Assembly: GCA_000708835.1 (NCBI GenBank)
Contig: DF236960.1
Coordinates: 152,982-216,981, forward strand
Direction: 5' to 3'
Source: Klebsormidium nitens
Lineage: Eukaryota; Plantae; Klebsormidiophyceae
DNA: 64,000 bases
Part shown: positions 1 to 10,784 of the stretch, piece after piece
Layout of the letters: the number at the start of each line of letters is the position of its first letter
How positions within the stretch are numbered: position 1 is the first letter of the stretch
Made by a program: the position numbers and the translations under genes
The notes under the pieces: generated by a model
Told to the model about the DNA's origin: nothing
Database searches by the model: none
The model's input: the letters and a program-made list of their open reading frames with translations, nothing else

Positions 1-2684
1 CGCCCTATTCGATGTCGGCTGGTGTCTGAAGATTGCTTTATTGCCCAGTGCTTCCGTCTGAAGATGTGCGAACAGATGCTCTCCACATGTGTCATTACAT
101 ACCTCCGAAAGATCCCAAGACTGTTTACATGGCCTCGATCAGGCCATGAAGATGACAACCTCGTGAATTGAGACGCTGTAACTTGTGCAAGTTCGTCACC
201 ACTCCGACTGCCCAAAAAATTGGCACCAAGACAGACCTTTCGAAAGGCACGTTAATTCCCTGTCGTCACCTTTTTGAACGTCGCGGTACAGCCAGATCAC
301 AGCTTTTGGGATTAGTTTGCGAGTCCGGAAGCAAACGCTCGAAAACCCTGAGCGCACCATGAGACAAAAAAGATGGCTGCTGAACGGTAACCACAAATGA
401 ATCTCCCTGGTTGTCTGCTACAGTGATACCTCCGATATGTGTCTCTGAGCGGTCTCGTTCTTACTCCAAGCCTTTCTTCAGCGGCTTGGAGAGCAATTCC
501 GGCCTGGCACTTTAAGCCTCCGGTCATTCAGCATCGAGCACCGGCCTTGTCGTTCAAAGGAATTGCACGAGCGCACCCGCCTCGCCGTGCGCGTCATGTG
601 CGCGTCATATGCGCGTCATCTGCTGAATGTGTGGCTTTGTTTATCATCAACGAAAGTGAGTATGGACGTAAGGCCTGCCGAGCTTTACCCACGAGATTTG
701 CCTTCCGTCCGAAAAGCGAGCACGTTTCTTGAATCAACTCAGCTGCGATCAAGTACTCTCAGGGCGCAAGGGACGTCTTTTCCCATGTTATCGCTGACCG
801 TTTAGCAAGATGCATCCATGCTGATCATGGGGTTATCTGGAGCCGAACTTTCGGCTCCGCTGAAAGGAGTCTGCTGACCGAGACTAGCCGGTGTCATATA
901 AAAATCTAGTCACATCCTGTTCGCTACCCACCTCAGTAGGTTCTGAGGAGGTGATCTGCAACGATAGTGAGGACGCTCACGCTTTGGCGGGCCAAAGGCC
1001 GGCCAGTAGTCCAAAGGATGTTCCTCGGACGCCGTTGTCGTGCTTCGTCTAAACTTGACCCCAGATTTCCGCACGGCCGATTCGTCTAGATGCACTGACA
1101 GTAGTCGAAAGATCAAAGGCCTCTTGGCTTTTGTGTGGATTTGAGTACGTTTAGCCACTCTGTAACCCACTAGTTTATTCATTACGTCTGGAGATGCTTC
1201 ACCGTTTAACGACTCTCGACGGCATCCTTCTTGTTTGATGAAACCCGCTTGCTCGTCCTTCTACGTCCGGTACAATCGACCCTTTGCAGCCCTCCGGATC
1301 GAGACTCAGCGACTTGAGTTCCGACCCCGTGACATGCTTTTGGCAGGTTATGAAGAGAGTTATCAGAAGCTGAGTAGTGCTAGTATTGTGGAATGTGGAG
1401 GTTTACTTTTAGATTCTGTCGTTCTCTGCCGTTCGATGCAGGGACGTTGCATGAAGCCGGGTGGGGACGTCATCAAGCTGTAAAGGGCTGACGAGCAAGC
1501 TAGGCAAACTTTTGGCGTGGCTTGGCACTCAACTTTTGGGTTGATTAGTAACGGAGCCGCATGTACAATAGAATTCAGATCCGCTTTGGGAAATGAAACG
1601 GTCGAGAGTCAGAAGAATCGAAGGGAAATTTCACTCAAAGCTCGAAAACCTCGGTTTGCGTAAATAGAACGGAAGAGAACGTTCCCACTTGCGCAGAAAA
1701 GTCTCTCGTCGTGATTGCCAGAAATCTGAGACGTCGCACCGGCTACATCTCTCTTTGTGGTGTGGCCCGAAGCGCAATTTAAGTACATCTGATTGACCGG
1801 GCCGGGTCAAGAATCTTGAAGTATCTGGCAGAAACACAGTCTCGTTTTCAACGGTTTTCCTTTGCTTAGCCGGTGCATCACGCATTTCCGGTTAGAGCGA
1901 TTCTGTTCAAGCCGTAGGAATCATCTTTGACATGAGCCTCTTCAGCTTGTCGTACTATGAGCGCCCCCTGCGGCGGCCAGCCATTGCGGCAAATTTTATT
2001 TTTCTGCATTTATGGCTGTTTATTGCTATGGCAGTCTTGTATCAACGAACTATTGTTATATGGCGCTCTGGGGACTCGGCCGAACTACTCTGTCAGAATA
2101 CATCTTTTTCCTCATTGTCGGAACTGAAATAGTGTCACGGGCACGCGACCGGATGGCCTTTGAGCACAGCTCATAAACGGGGCTGTTCGTGTTGATCAAG
2201 CCTCAGTGCCTATGGCGATCGCAACGGCGTGTGCGCTGAGGCGCTGCTGCATGACACGCATTCATGTGCAGTCTCGTTCACCTTCATACGCCGTAACCTC
2301 ACTGATTTCGGCGTACTTCTGCAAAAGTAATTTGCGATATTGTAGTAGGCCGAACGTTGTGGTCTTGATGTCAGCCGACCGCATGTGATTTTTCAATGAT
2401 TCCTCTCGATGCGCCGCCGTCAACATGTATACTCTCGCTGAGGTTTGACGCAATTCAGACACTGTGAGCTCGACAAAAAGCCATCGTCGTCTCGGCCAGA
2501 TAGTAGTACTAAGGCCATTGAGACAGAGACGCAGTGTGGTCATCAGATTTTAAGATTGCTTTTGAAAATGAACTTGCAGTGCCCTTGTGAAGCACCGTAA
2601 TGATCTAGCTTGCCACACTCTTTCGCCACGTGATGTTCCACATGGCAGACATGCGGCGGCGATTCACACAACGTACACTTTGCG

Positions 2685-3085
2685 CAGGCGCGCGGCCCGG
2701 CCGAGCCACCGCGGCGGCGGCGCGCGGCTGCAGTGCCAGCCCGGGCCACTGGCACAGGCGGACCGCAGAACTTCGCGATCTTGCGATGGACGAAATCGCA
2801 GCGCTACCGTCCGATCTGAACATAAGGACTCCAGTCTGCAAAGTTTAGCTAGGGGGTCGCAAACTTTTGCAGGACAGGTTCCGAAACTAGGGTTCGGACA
2901 AACCGAGCCTAACTGAGAATAAACGAAAGATCTCGAGCGTTTATTTTTTGACGTCAAAATCTGGACGGCAGCGCTGCGATTCTTGGTCGTCCCCCAGCTA
3001 TTCTGCGGTTCTGCGGTCCGCCTGGCCCGGGCTCACTGAGTGAGCCCGGGCCTCATACTATAGAGTGGCTGGGCCGGCGCGCAGG
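2685..3085. mobile_element. GC-rich fold-back / MITE-like element with nested inverted repeats
   Basis: CAGGCGGACCGCAGAAC (~2755-2771) pairs with GTTCTGCGGTCCGCCTG (~3008-3024). GAAATCGCAGCGCTACCGTCCGAT (~2791) pairs imperfectly with ATCTGGACGGCAGCGCTGCGATTC (~2959). Outer imperfect arms GCGCGCGGCCCGGCCGAGCCAC / GTGGCTGGGCCGGCGCGC. Perfect 13-bp-stem hairpin at 3024-3052. No TSD identified. Confidence 0.5.
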
Positions 3086-4845
3086 CGCCCGGCCGCGCGG
3101 CTTTGTTCGGCTGCGCGCCCGGCCACCTCGCGGCCGTGCCACGCGGCCGCTTCGATCTCTGTGTCCGTCCAGAATTTCGAGGCCGGCCGAACAAGGTTCA
3201 TACCAAATACATATTGACCGTTAGATGCAGGGCTGTCGAACTGAATAAACGGTAGACGACGTCTGGCGAACTCCTTCTATGACGTCGTGCAGTGACGACC
3301 GGATAGGGTTTGGAGTCCGAGGGGGAATGAACTTGGACAGTGCGCAAAATGAATGCTTCCATGCAGGTACCGGTACATTGTACCGTAGTCTGTCGACTTG
3401 CTTGTACCTAATCCATGCAAATCACCTTATCACCATTGGTATGAGTGGAAGGTGGAGCTGTCTCACCATCTTTCAAAAGCTCAGTTGCCGGACAAAGTGT
3501 CATATACCTACGCTTACTTCCGCTTGTGAAACACCAATGCTGTGACCAACTGACTAGTGATACAAGATGAGCACCGTCAGCTAGTGGAGGGAGAGGAGCC
3601 AAGGAGTTATCATGATCTGAACCTGCCACTCTTCTCCCTTCATAAGGTCTGCAGCTCAGACGAGCTCCTGGTCGCAGACCTCGAAAGAAGCTGCGTCTCA
3701 TATAAATGTGACTGTCAGCATTTGCTGCGGTCAAATGAAGCAGGCAGGAAGCTTTCCGAGTGCCTGAATGCAGAGTAACGTAGTCAGAAGCATTTCAGAT
3801 TGTTGAGAGTACAAGCAGCAAGACAAGTTCCTGTACTGAAAATGTTCTGATAATGAAATTTACTAGTTTAAGCTCTGCAGAGGCCAACTGAAGTTGAGAA
3901 GCAGAAGCTAAGTATCAGTGCTACGTCGCAGGAAGTTCCGCTTGTCGAGCAAAAGCAGCAAGAAACGGCTGGAGGAGTTTTAGGACTTACATTGTTATTA
4001 TTCTGGTTCGCCTTGACAGAGAACAGGTTTAGTCAGTGGTACACAGTACAACCGTCACACTGTTCAAGCCCAATTGAGTCTGTTACAGTCATCTGAAGGC
4101 CCAATGGCAACGTTTCAAAATGCGACGCTTGCCTTCACCGGCGACAGCATGCACTGGACCCAAGGGACAGCCTTTGTGTAAGCTCCAGCCCGAGCACAGA
4201 TCTCAGCTTACATTTCACTGCAGTCTGCCTCGAGATTGTCTTTGTTGGTGGTGTGGATTCAGTAGGAGAGACCAGTGACTGGCAACTCTATGAGCAGCTT
4301 TTTTTTTTAAAGGCTCAACATTTCGTTAAGGTCTATACTTTGATAGACTTGACAGCAATTACCTCTACATTCATTGCTAGAAGACTTTTGATATGTTTGA
4401 GAGTCGGCAGTCCATCAATGTGAATGTGCACCACCTACAAGCCAATCTCTTAGCAACTTCCAGTATAGCATGAAAGCGAGCGGCTCAGAAACTTCCAAAT
4501 CTGCAACTAGGAGCGCGGCACTTGATGCGCGCCCAGTACTGTCATGTGTTGAAAGCATTGAGAAGCCTTGTTTGCATTGGTATTTTTCAGGGAACCAACT
4601 GATATCTGCATGTAGATTCGTCGATTATGTTCAAGGTGGTACAAAGTACTTACTTCTAGCCGCTTGCATCCGGTATGCCTGGTTGCGATACATCTGTGCT
4701 GGATGAAAGGTGTCAGCCGAAGCAAGGTGACAGTTTGCCACACACGATCCCGCTGTATTAGGCCCAGGCTGGCGGTTTTAGCTTCTCATCCATGCAGGGA
4801 GAACGGTGGTCAAAATCTTGTCCGTTCGTTCATCAATTGGTCACG

Positions 4846-4890
4846 TTAGTTTAGATAGTTAGTTAGTTAGTTAGTCAGTTGGTCAGTTCA
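4846..4890. repeat. (TAGT)n microsatellite
   Basis: ttagtttagatagttagttagttagttagtcagtt, just upstream of the TauE gene. Confidence 0.85.
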
Positions 4891-4960
4891 GTGACTGCAA
4901 GGTACAGAAACTGGAACGGTTGCTTGTTGCAGGTTGGAACAGCTGAGTGCTCTTGCGGGA

Positions 4961-7900
4961 ATGCTGCCTCCATCAACCACCGTTGACGCAAAGTTTGTGT
5001 TGACGCCAGTGACGGCAACTGCAATGTTCCTCACTTTCCTGGTGAGCCGTCCTGAGCTTCTGATATGTACAATTTTTGTGTCCTCAAAATCACCTGTCTG
5101 TTGACCGCGCTTCGTTTTCGAAATGCTGTCAGCTTTCCTTTCCAGAGTCCTTTTTCCAGTGTCGAAGTTGATTGCACGGGAGTCAAATTTCTTTGAGGAA
5201 CTTCAAGCAGACCTCAAACATCATCATGTTGTGATATCCTGCCTCCTATACGAACTAGCAGTGGCGCAAACAACCAAACTCTCACTCTGCAGTGTGGCCT
5301 CTTAGCCAACGCCGGAGGCGTCGGCGGTGGTCCCCTGTACATTCCCATCATCCACGTGTTGCTCGGCTTCAACCTGAAGACCTCTGCGGCGTTGTCTATC
5401 ACCGTCGTTTCGAGCGGGGCTCTCGCAAGCACGCTCTACGGGTTGCGGAAAACAAGCCCCCGAGACCCGAACCGTACCCTCGTGGACTTCGACCTTGCAT
5501 TGACATTCATTCCCGCTTTCCTATTGGGGGTGGACTTCGGTGAGCTCTTCTCTCACTGCGTAAAGTGTTTCTTCTCACCTCAGGCTGAAGCCTCATCAAA
5601 CGAAGTTTGATGCACAATACAACTTGCATACATACGTTTTCGACCTTAGATGCGTCATCAGAACACACCACATGGGTACTTGCCAGGAGCTTTGCTTCAA
5701 AACAAGATGCTGCACTTGTAAGTAAGGTGCTGTCATGCCTCGGATCTGATTCGTTCCTGTTGCTGAAACCGTTTCAGGAGCCTGGTTTCTGTTCCAATCA
5801 ATCATGTTAGCTGGCGTCTTGTCCCGACTAAAAGTTCGTTGGCGTTTCCGACCAATCAACTAATTCGTGTGCCAGGACAAGCAATGACATCCGAAGTCTT
5901 ATATCAACTTCAAGACCTCGAGAGTTCCGGACAATCGGCGCTCGGTACTACCACAGGTCCACAGAATCTTACTGTGCTCGTCACTTGCAACCACTGCTGT
6001 GCGCTTTCAACAGAATCGGCCGGCCCGTCAGATCATGCAAGGAGACAAAGCTTGTGGTCACGAACTCTTTTTGAATCTCTCTAGAGGAGTCTTGAACACC
6101 AGCCCACTTCTTTCGAATCTGCCGTTTCTGATCTTCCAGTCGCTGCTGAGCCTCTTTCTCATCACAGCTAAAACAAGTTCACTGTCAAGCGTCGCCGGAC
6201 AACTGCCCCTTTCTTAGCTTAAAAGGGTCTTTCACCTCAAGAGTTTTGAGCGGACAATAGGGGTCCTCTTCAACGTGCTGATTCCGAAGGGAATTCACGC
6301 CGCTCTCCTCGTCTTCCTTTTTCTACTTCCCTCTATGATCAGAATGGCCTCCCCATTCTTGCAGGGCAGAGTCCACTCCTTTCCCTTTCCGGCAGGGATC
6401 TAATGACCCTTCTGTTTTCTGCTATTGCAGGTGTTCTCTTCAACGTGCTGATTTCGAAGTGGTCCAAACCGCCCTGCTCGTCTCTTTCCTCCATTTCTTT
6501 CTGATCGTCCAGTCGCTTTCCAGACTACCTGTTAAAAAGATGTTCAGTGTCCTACATTTCCCGCCTGTTCTGCAGGGGTTCTCTCCAACGTGCTTATCCC
6601 GGAGTGGCTTCAGACTGCCCTCCTCCTCGTTTTCTTTCTCCACTCCGCTCTATTTCTCTTGCTCTCCTATTTGCGCGGAAAAAACACTTGTTAGAGGTTC
6701 CTGTCAGACGTGAAGCAAACCTTTGAATCTGTGTTCACAGGGATTGTTGGCCCGTAACCATGGCTGGTTATGGGCTGGTTAGAAAAGGGTTATTTGTCCA
6801 ATAACCAGACTTGGGCGGTAACCAGCCTGAAAACAAGATTTCGGCCTGGTTATCCAATAACCGATAACCAAAATAGGTCCAATAACCTGAAGAATAGGTC
6901 TGGTAGAAGCCTGGTTAGCAACCAAAAGCTCCTGTGGTTCTATGCAGGTGTTCTCTTCAACGTGTTGATTCCGGAGTGGCTCCAAACCGCCCTCCTCGTG
7001 TTTCTCCTCTACTTCGTAATTCGCAACACCGCCAACAAAGCCCGCCAACAATGGCGGCTCGAACAGGCGACGCTAGCGCAACGGAGTCCCGTAACTCCGA
7101 TTATTCCAGCACTCGCACACACGGGCGTCAATCAGCCGTTGCTTCCGCCGCCGCTCGAAATTCCGGAGACCGGAACGGAGTCCGCCGGAACCGGTCTGGA
7201 TGAGGGGCAAGAATCCAGCAACGACCTTGAGAACAGTGGGGGTTCGGGAAACGGGTTTGGTTCCGAGAACGGGGTTAGCGGGCGTCCGAGGCAGAACCTC
7301 AGGCGGCGGAGCTTGCTTAACCTCTTCGAAAAGGAGGATTTCCCAGAGGGCATCTCGCACGAGGAGTTTTTCATAACCACCAAAGAGCTGATCAGTCCGA
7401 GGGGGGCCAAAATCGACCCTACTACGGGGGGGAGTTTCAGAGACCCGCGCCAGGGGGATCCCTCCGAGCGTCCGCAACGGAAAACCCTCCTGCAGCGGAT
7501 TCCGTTCCTGCAGCTCGGCGCAATTCTGGTTCTGTGGGTCTTGTTCCTGGTTAGCCAGGGGCTCAAGGCGCGTTACAACCGTTGCACGTGGAAGTATCTG
7601 CTTATCTTGTCGGCGCAAGTGGTGGTTTTGTTAGCAGTAACCGGAGCACAGATTCTGTACCAGGTACACAGGGCGACGACGAACATCAAGGAACTGGATC
7701 CGGAAGTGCGCGTCATTTTGCTGCGCGAGAGCGTTCAGGAAGGTAATTGCGCGAGACGGGAAACCGCCAATTCTTCAACTCCAGCACTCACAACTGGTGA
7801 AAGCTCAGCAAAGGAGTTGAGAGATTATAGTCGCTATCACCAAGGGTTGAGTCGATGAAGCGTCCGTTCATTCGCACATCGTCCCGTTCTGGCAAAGCAA

Positions 7901-9432
7901 GGATTCCGCGTGCCGTCTCAGATTGGGTCCTGATGACAGCTCCGGTTGAGTCTGCAACAATTCCCTCGATTGAAAGTTGGACACAGTCAGGTGGCACGGA
8001 CTGCGAGAGGCAATGGTAAAAGGCAGGCTGTCTGCCGCCGTTCTTTTCCCGTCAAATCTAGTTGTAAAACTGCTGTTCAATTGCTGAGAAGGTTCCGTGT
8101 CCTTTTGGTAAAAGAAAGATCTCATCCGCTTCGGAAGGGGAGTCCCGCCCCTGCGAGTAGTTTTTGGCAAAGTTTTATCCTGCGGCCTTCGAACTGAAGG
8201 CTCTGACTCTGCAGCCCTTACGAATACGAAGACTTTGACTCGTACGAGGTCATACCTCACTTCTCTCTCGTTGCACTTCTCGAGATGACGGTCCCGCTTT
8301 TCTTTCAGATCATTAGCGACATGCTAAACCTTGGTATATAAAGGCCAACTTCGCATCCCCCGTTAAGTCACAATTTATTTGCTTCGTTACACGACCCTTC
8401 CGTCCAACAGACACATTACTTTCTTTTCGCAGTCCTCGAGAGGCCGATCCGAGTGCTGGCTGAAGTGGCCGGTATCATTGCGCTGGCGGGCGTGGGCGCC
8501 GGTCTTCTTGGGCTCGGCGGAGCTATCTTCTTCAACCCCTGGCTCTTACACCTGGGCGTTCATCCGCAGGTAATACCTTGGGGTTTGTTGGTTGTTGCCC
8601 TTATTGGAAATTCTGTAGCTTGTAAAATCCACTGGTTTTTGGGTGCTAGCGTGGAGGCTTCTAGGGCTTGCCAGTGGAGGCGCTATCTTCTTTCACCCTC
8701 GGCTTTTAAACTTGGACGTTCATCCGCAGGTAAACTGTCGATTAGTTTTTCGAATCTGAATCAGGTTTTCAGGTTTTAGGCCAAGTGCTTTTGGAGCTGG
8801 GCGGTGCGGCGCTGGCGCTGAAGCTCACAAGCGGACTCCGCACAAAAGGAAGCTATGAGGCTTTCCAATCCGGATTGAGGTCATCATTTATTCACGTCCG
8901 TTTCGTTCATTGTCCCGCTCTCTGTTGCCTCTTTTTGCCAATGAGGAATAAGCTTTTTGTCTCTTCCCGGAACAATCCGTTGCCCCGTATCAGCACCGGA
9001 AAAAGGCCATTGATACGAGCTTGTGTCATTTGGACACTGAAGTCGACGCTTACATTTTCGCTTCTGGACATTGCCGGTGTTTGCAAATGGCGTTTCTCAC
9101 CCCCGATTTCTTTGCAGGTGACCGTATCGACGGCCGTTCTCATGATCCTCTTCAGCAGCTCCGCGATTTCCCTCTCGCTCTCGTTCCAAAACCTGCTCAA
9201 CCATCACTACGCCCTCGTCTTCGCGCCGATTGCCTTCGTTGCGTCGACGATTGGGGTTACTGTAGTCGGCCGCATTGTGCGCCAATCGGGAAGGACGTCG
9301 ATTATCGTCATCATTCTGACGGTTCTTGTGGCGGCCGGCACGATAACGACGGCGATTTTTGGCGGCTTGCGATCGTACGAGCAGTTCGTAGAAGGGAAAG
9401 ACGTCCGGTTCCATCCGCTCTGCACCAAGTAG
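4961..9432 (+). CDS. TauE: Sulfite exporter TauE/SafE family membrane protein, plant type (~524 aa, 5 exons)
   Basis: Exons 4961-5041, 5293-5539, 6948-7742, 8433-8569, 9118-9432; all GT-AG and phase-consistent. Motifs LLANAGGVGGGPLYIP, LVDFDLALTFIPAFLLGVDFGVLFNVLIP, AGLLGLGGAIFFNPWLLHLGVHPQVTVSTAVLMILFSSS and GRIVRQSGRTSIIV match plant TauE/SafE proteins. An open-frame acceptor at 4932 means the true start could lie further upstream. Confidence 0.9.
6261..6690 (+). pseudogene. Three decayed tandem copies of the 5' part of TauE exon 3 (pseudo-exons) in intron 2
   Basis: AG|GGGTCCTCTTCAACGTGCTGATTCCG (6261), AG|GTGTTCTCTTCAACGTGCTGATTTCG (6431, 1-nt deletion) and AG|GGGTTCTCTCCAACGTGCTTATCCCGGAGTGG (6576), versus the real exon AG|GTGTTCTCTTCAACGTGTTGATTCCGGAGTGG (6948). 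Confidence 0.85.
6755..6925. repeat. TAACC/GGTTA-rich small insertion with internal inverted repeat
   Basis: Many ggtta/taacc motifs on both strands; GGCTGGTTA (~6762) pairs with TAACCAGCC (~6819). Confidence 0.5.
8640..8735 (+). pseudogene. Decayed copy of the 3' end and donor site of TauE exon 4
   Basis: gcgctatcttctttcaccctcggcttttaaacttggacgttcatccgcag|gtaaa versus the real gagctatcttcttcaacccctggctcttacacctgggcgttcatccgcag|gtaat. Confidence 0.85.
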
Positions 9433-9433
9433 A

Positions 9434-9484
9434 GCGCAGCAGCGGAGCGAGCGGAGCAGCGGCAGCGGAGCAGCGGAGCGAGCG
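9434..9484. repeat. GCAGCGGA/GAGCG microsatellite immediately after the TauE stop codon
   Basis: agcgcagcagcggagcgagcggagcagcggcagcggagcagcggagcgagcg. Confidence 0.75.
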
Positions 9485-10784
9485 AATTTGTGGACAAAGG
9501 CTTGCAGAAGGTTGATTAACATTATATGGGCGTCAAGAGATCTTGACTACGAGAGCGCCAGCCTAGCCGACCGTTAATAGTAGGCGCGGCCAAGCAGCGA
9601 CCACGTTTTGTATTGCCATCTTGCCAGTGAGATTGACAGTCATACGTACTTATCTGGAAATCGTATCTTTCACCGTATCGAGCCTGGCGGCCGCTAGCTC
9701 CTGATTGATTGTCACTCAGCTGAGTCAGCATCACACTGTGTTGACTTGTAGTACAGACCGAGCTGCATACATGACTTGACATGTTGAAACGCCCGAGGCT
9801 TGTGCCGCAGGATTTGATTGCAAATTACGTCATCATGTTTGCAATTCAAACGTTTGACCCTGGCATCGACTCGAACATGCGTTGTCATGATTGGACCCCT
9901 CTATGATGATGGAGCCACTAGCTGCCGGCTTTCACGGAGTGTTAAAAGAGCGAAGGCGAGCTAGCCTGCATATGACTCCGACCCGAAGACACGCGCTAGC
10001 CTCGCTCCGATTCGGATCGAAGCACCGCGCTGAGTCACTGCCACTGAGCATGCATCATATGTTAGGCTGCTTGAATGCCAGGCTGGCCGCGCCGCCCGCG
10101 CCGCCCGCCCGCCCTATATAGCCGCGCAAGCCTGTAAGTCAATGATGGTGTTGCGCGGCCAGATATGATAACGTACGCCGGGTGACCAAGCTTAATTGCA
10201 GTGCTTCAATTGGAGACCCGTACCGTTTGACATCACTGAATACCGCCGCGCTGGCATGATAGTTTGGTACTCAAATATCCAGTCGAGGCCGGGCGTTTCA
10301 ATCGACCACGTACAATCACTTTGAGGCCAGTTAGTACGGTTCGGTTGCCATGCAGCTACTTAATGAATAAAGTGACTGACATTGACTTCGGAAAGCTAGT
10401 AACGTTAACCAGTCCATCAAAGTCGGAAGTCTTTGCCATGCCACTTGAGTCAGGAAATGTTCCAAAGACCTCAATAAAACCTTCAAGGAAAGTGAGTCAA
10501 AGACCCTAGCGCACAAAATGTACTGTGACCTACTGTACTCTGCTTTAAGGTGTTTCGGCCCTCATGTTGGCAATGTATTCTTAAGGAATACCAATGGGCT
10601 CGGTGCGTGTAATGCTAGGCATAGCTTTGGCGGTTGCAAGGCCAGTCAACAGTGCCGTTATTGTCCGTACGTTCGGTTGTGGTTGCTACCTAGGGTCTGC
10701 ATCTGGAAACGCTGTCACAGTGAAAACATAAATCACAACCCGGTTGGTCTATATACATCAGGTTCCGCTACAGCGGTGAGTCCG

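Noticed and set aside
1-2600. Short ORFs in the first 2.6 kb (e.g. 910..1182, 2262..2543)
   Set aside because: No recognisable motifs, codon bias or consistent exon chain.
3024-3052. Resemblance of GCCCGGGCTCACTGAGTGAGC to AAV ITR motifs
   Set aside because: The match is short and GC-rich, with no GAGC Rep-binding array or Rep/capsid ORF nearby; better explained as a MITE hairpin.
6770-6947. N-terminal part of ORF 6770..7858 (MGWLEKG...) and of ORF 8785..9117 as coding
   Set aside because: Both are intronic read-through. Clear acceptors at 6947 and 9117 join the upstream exons in phase, and TauE homology begins there.
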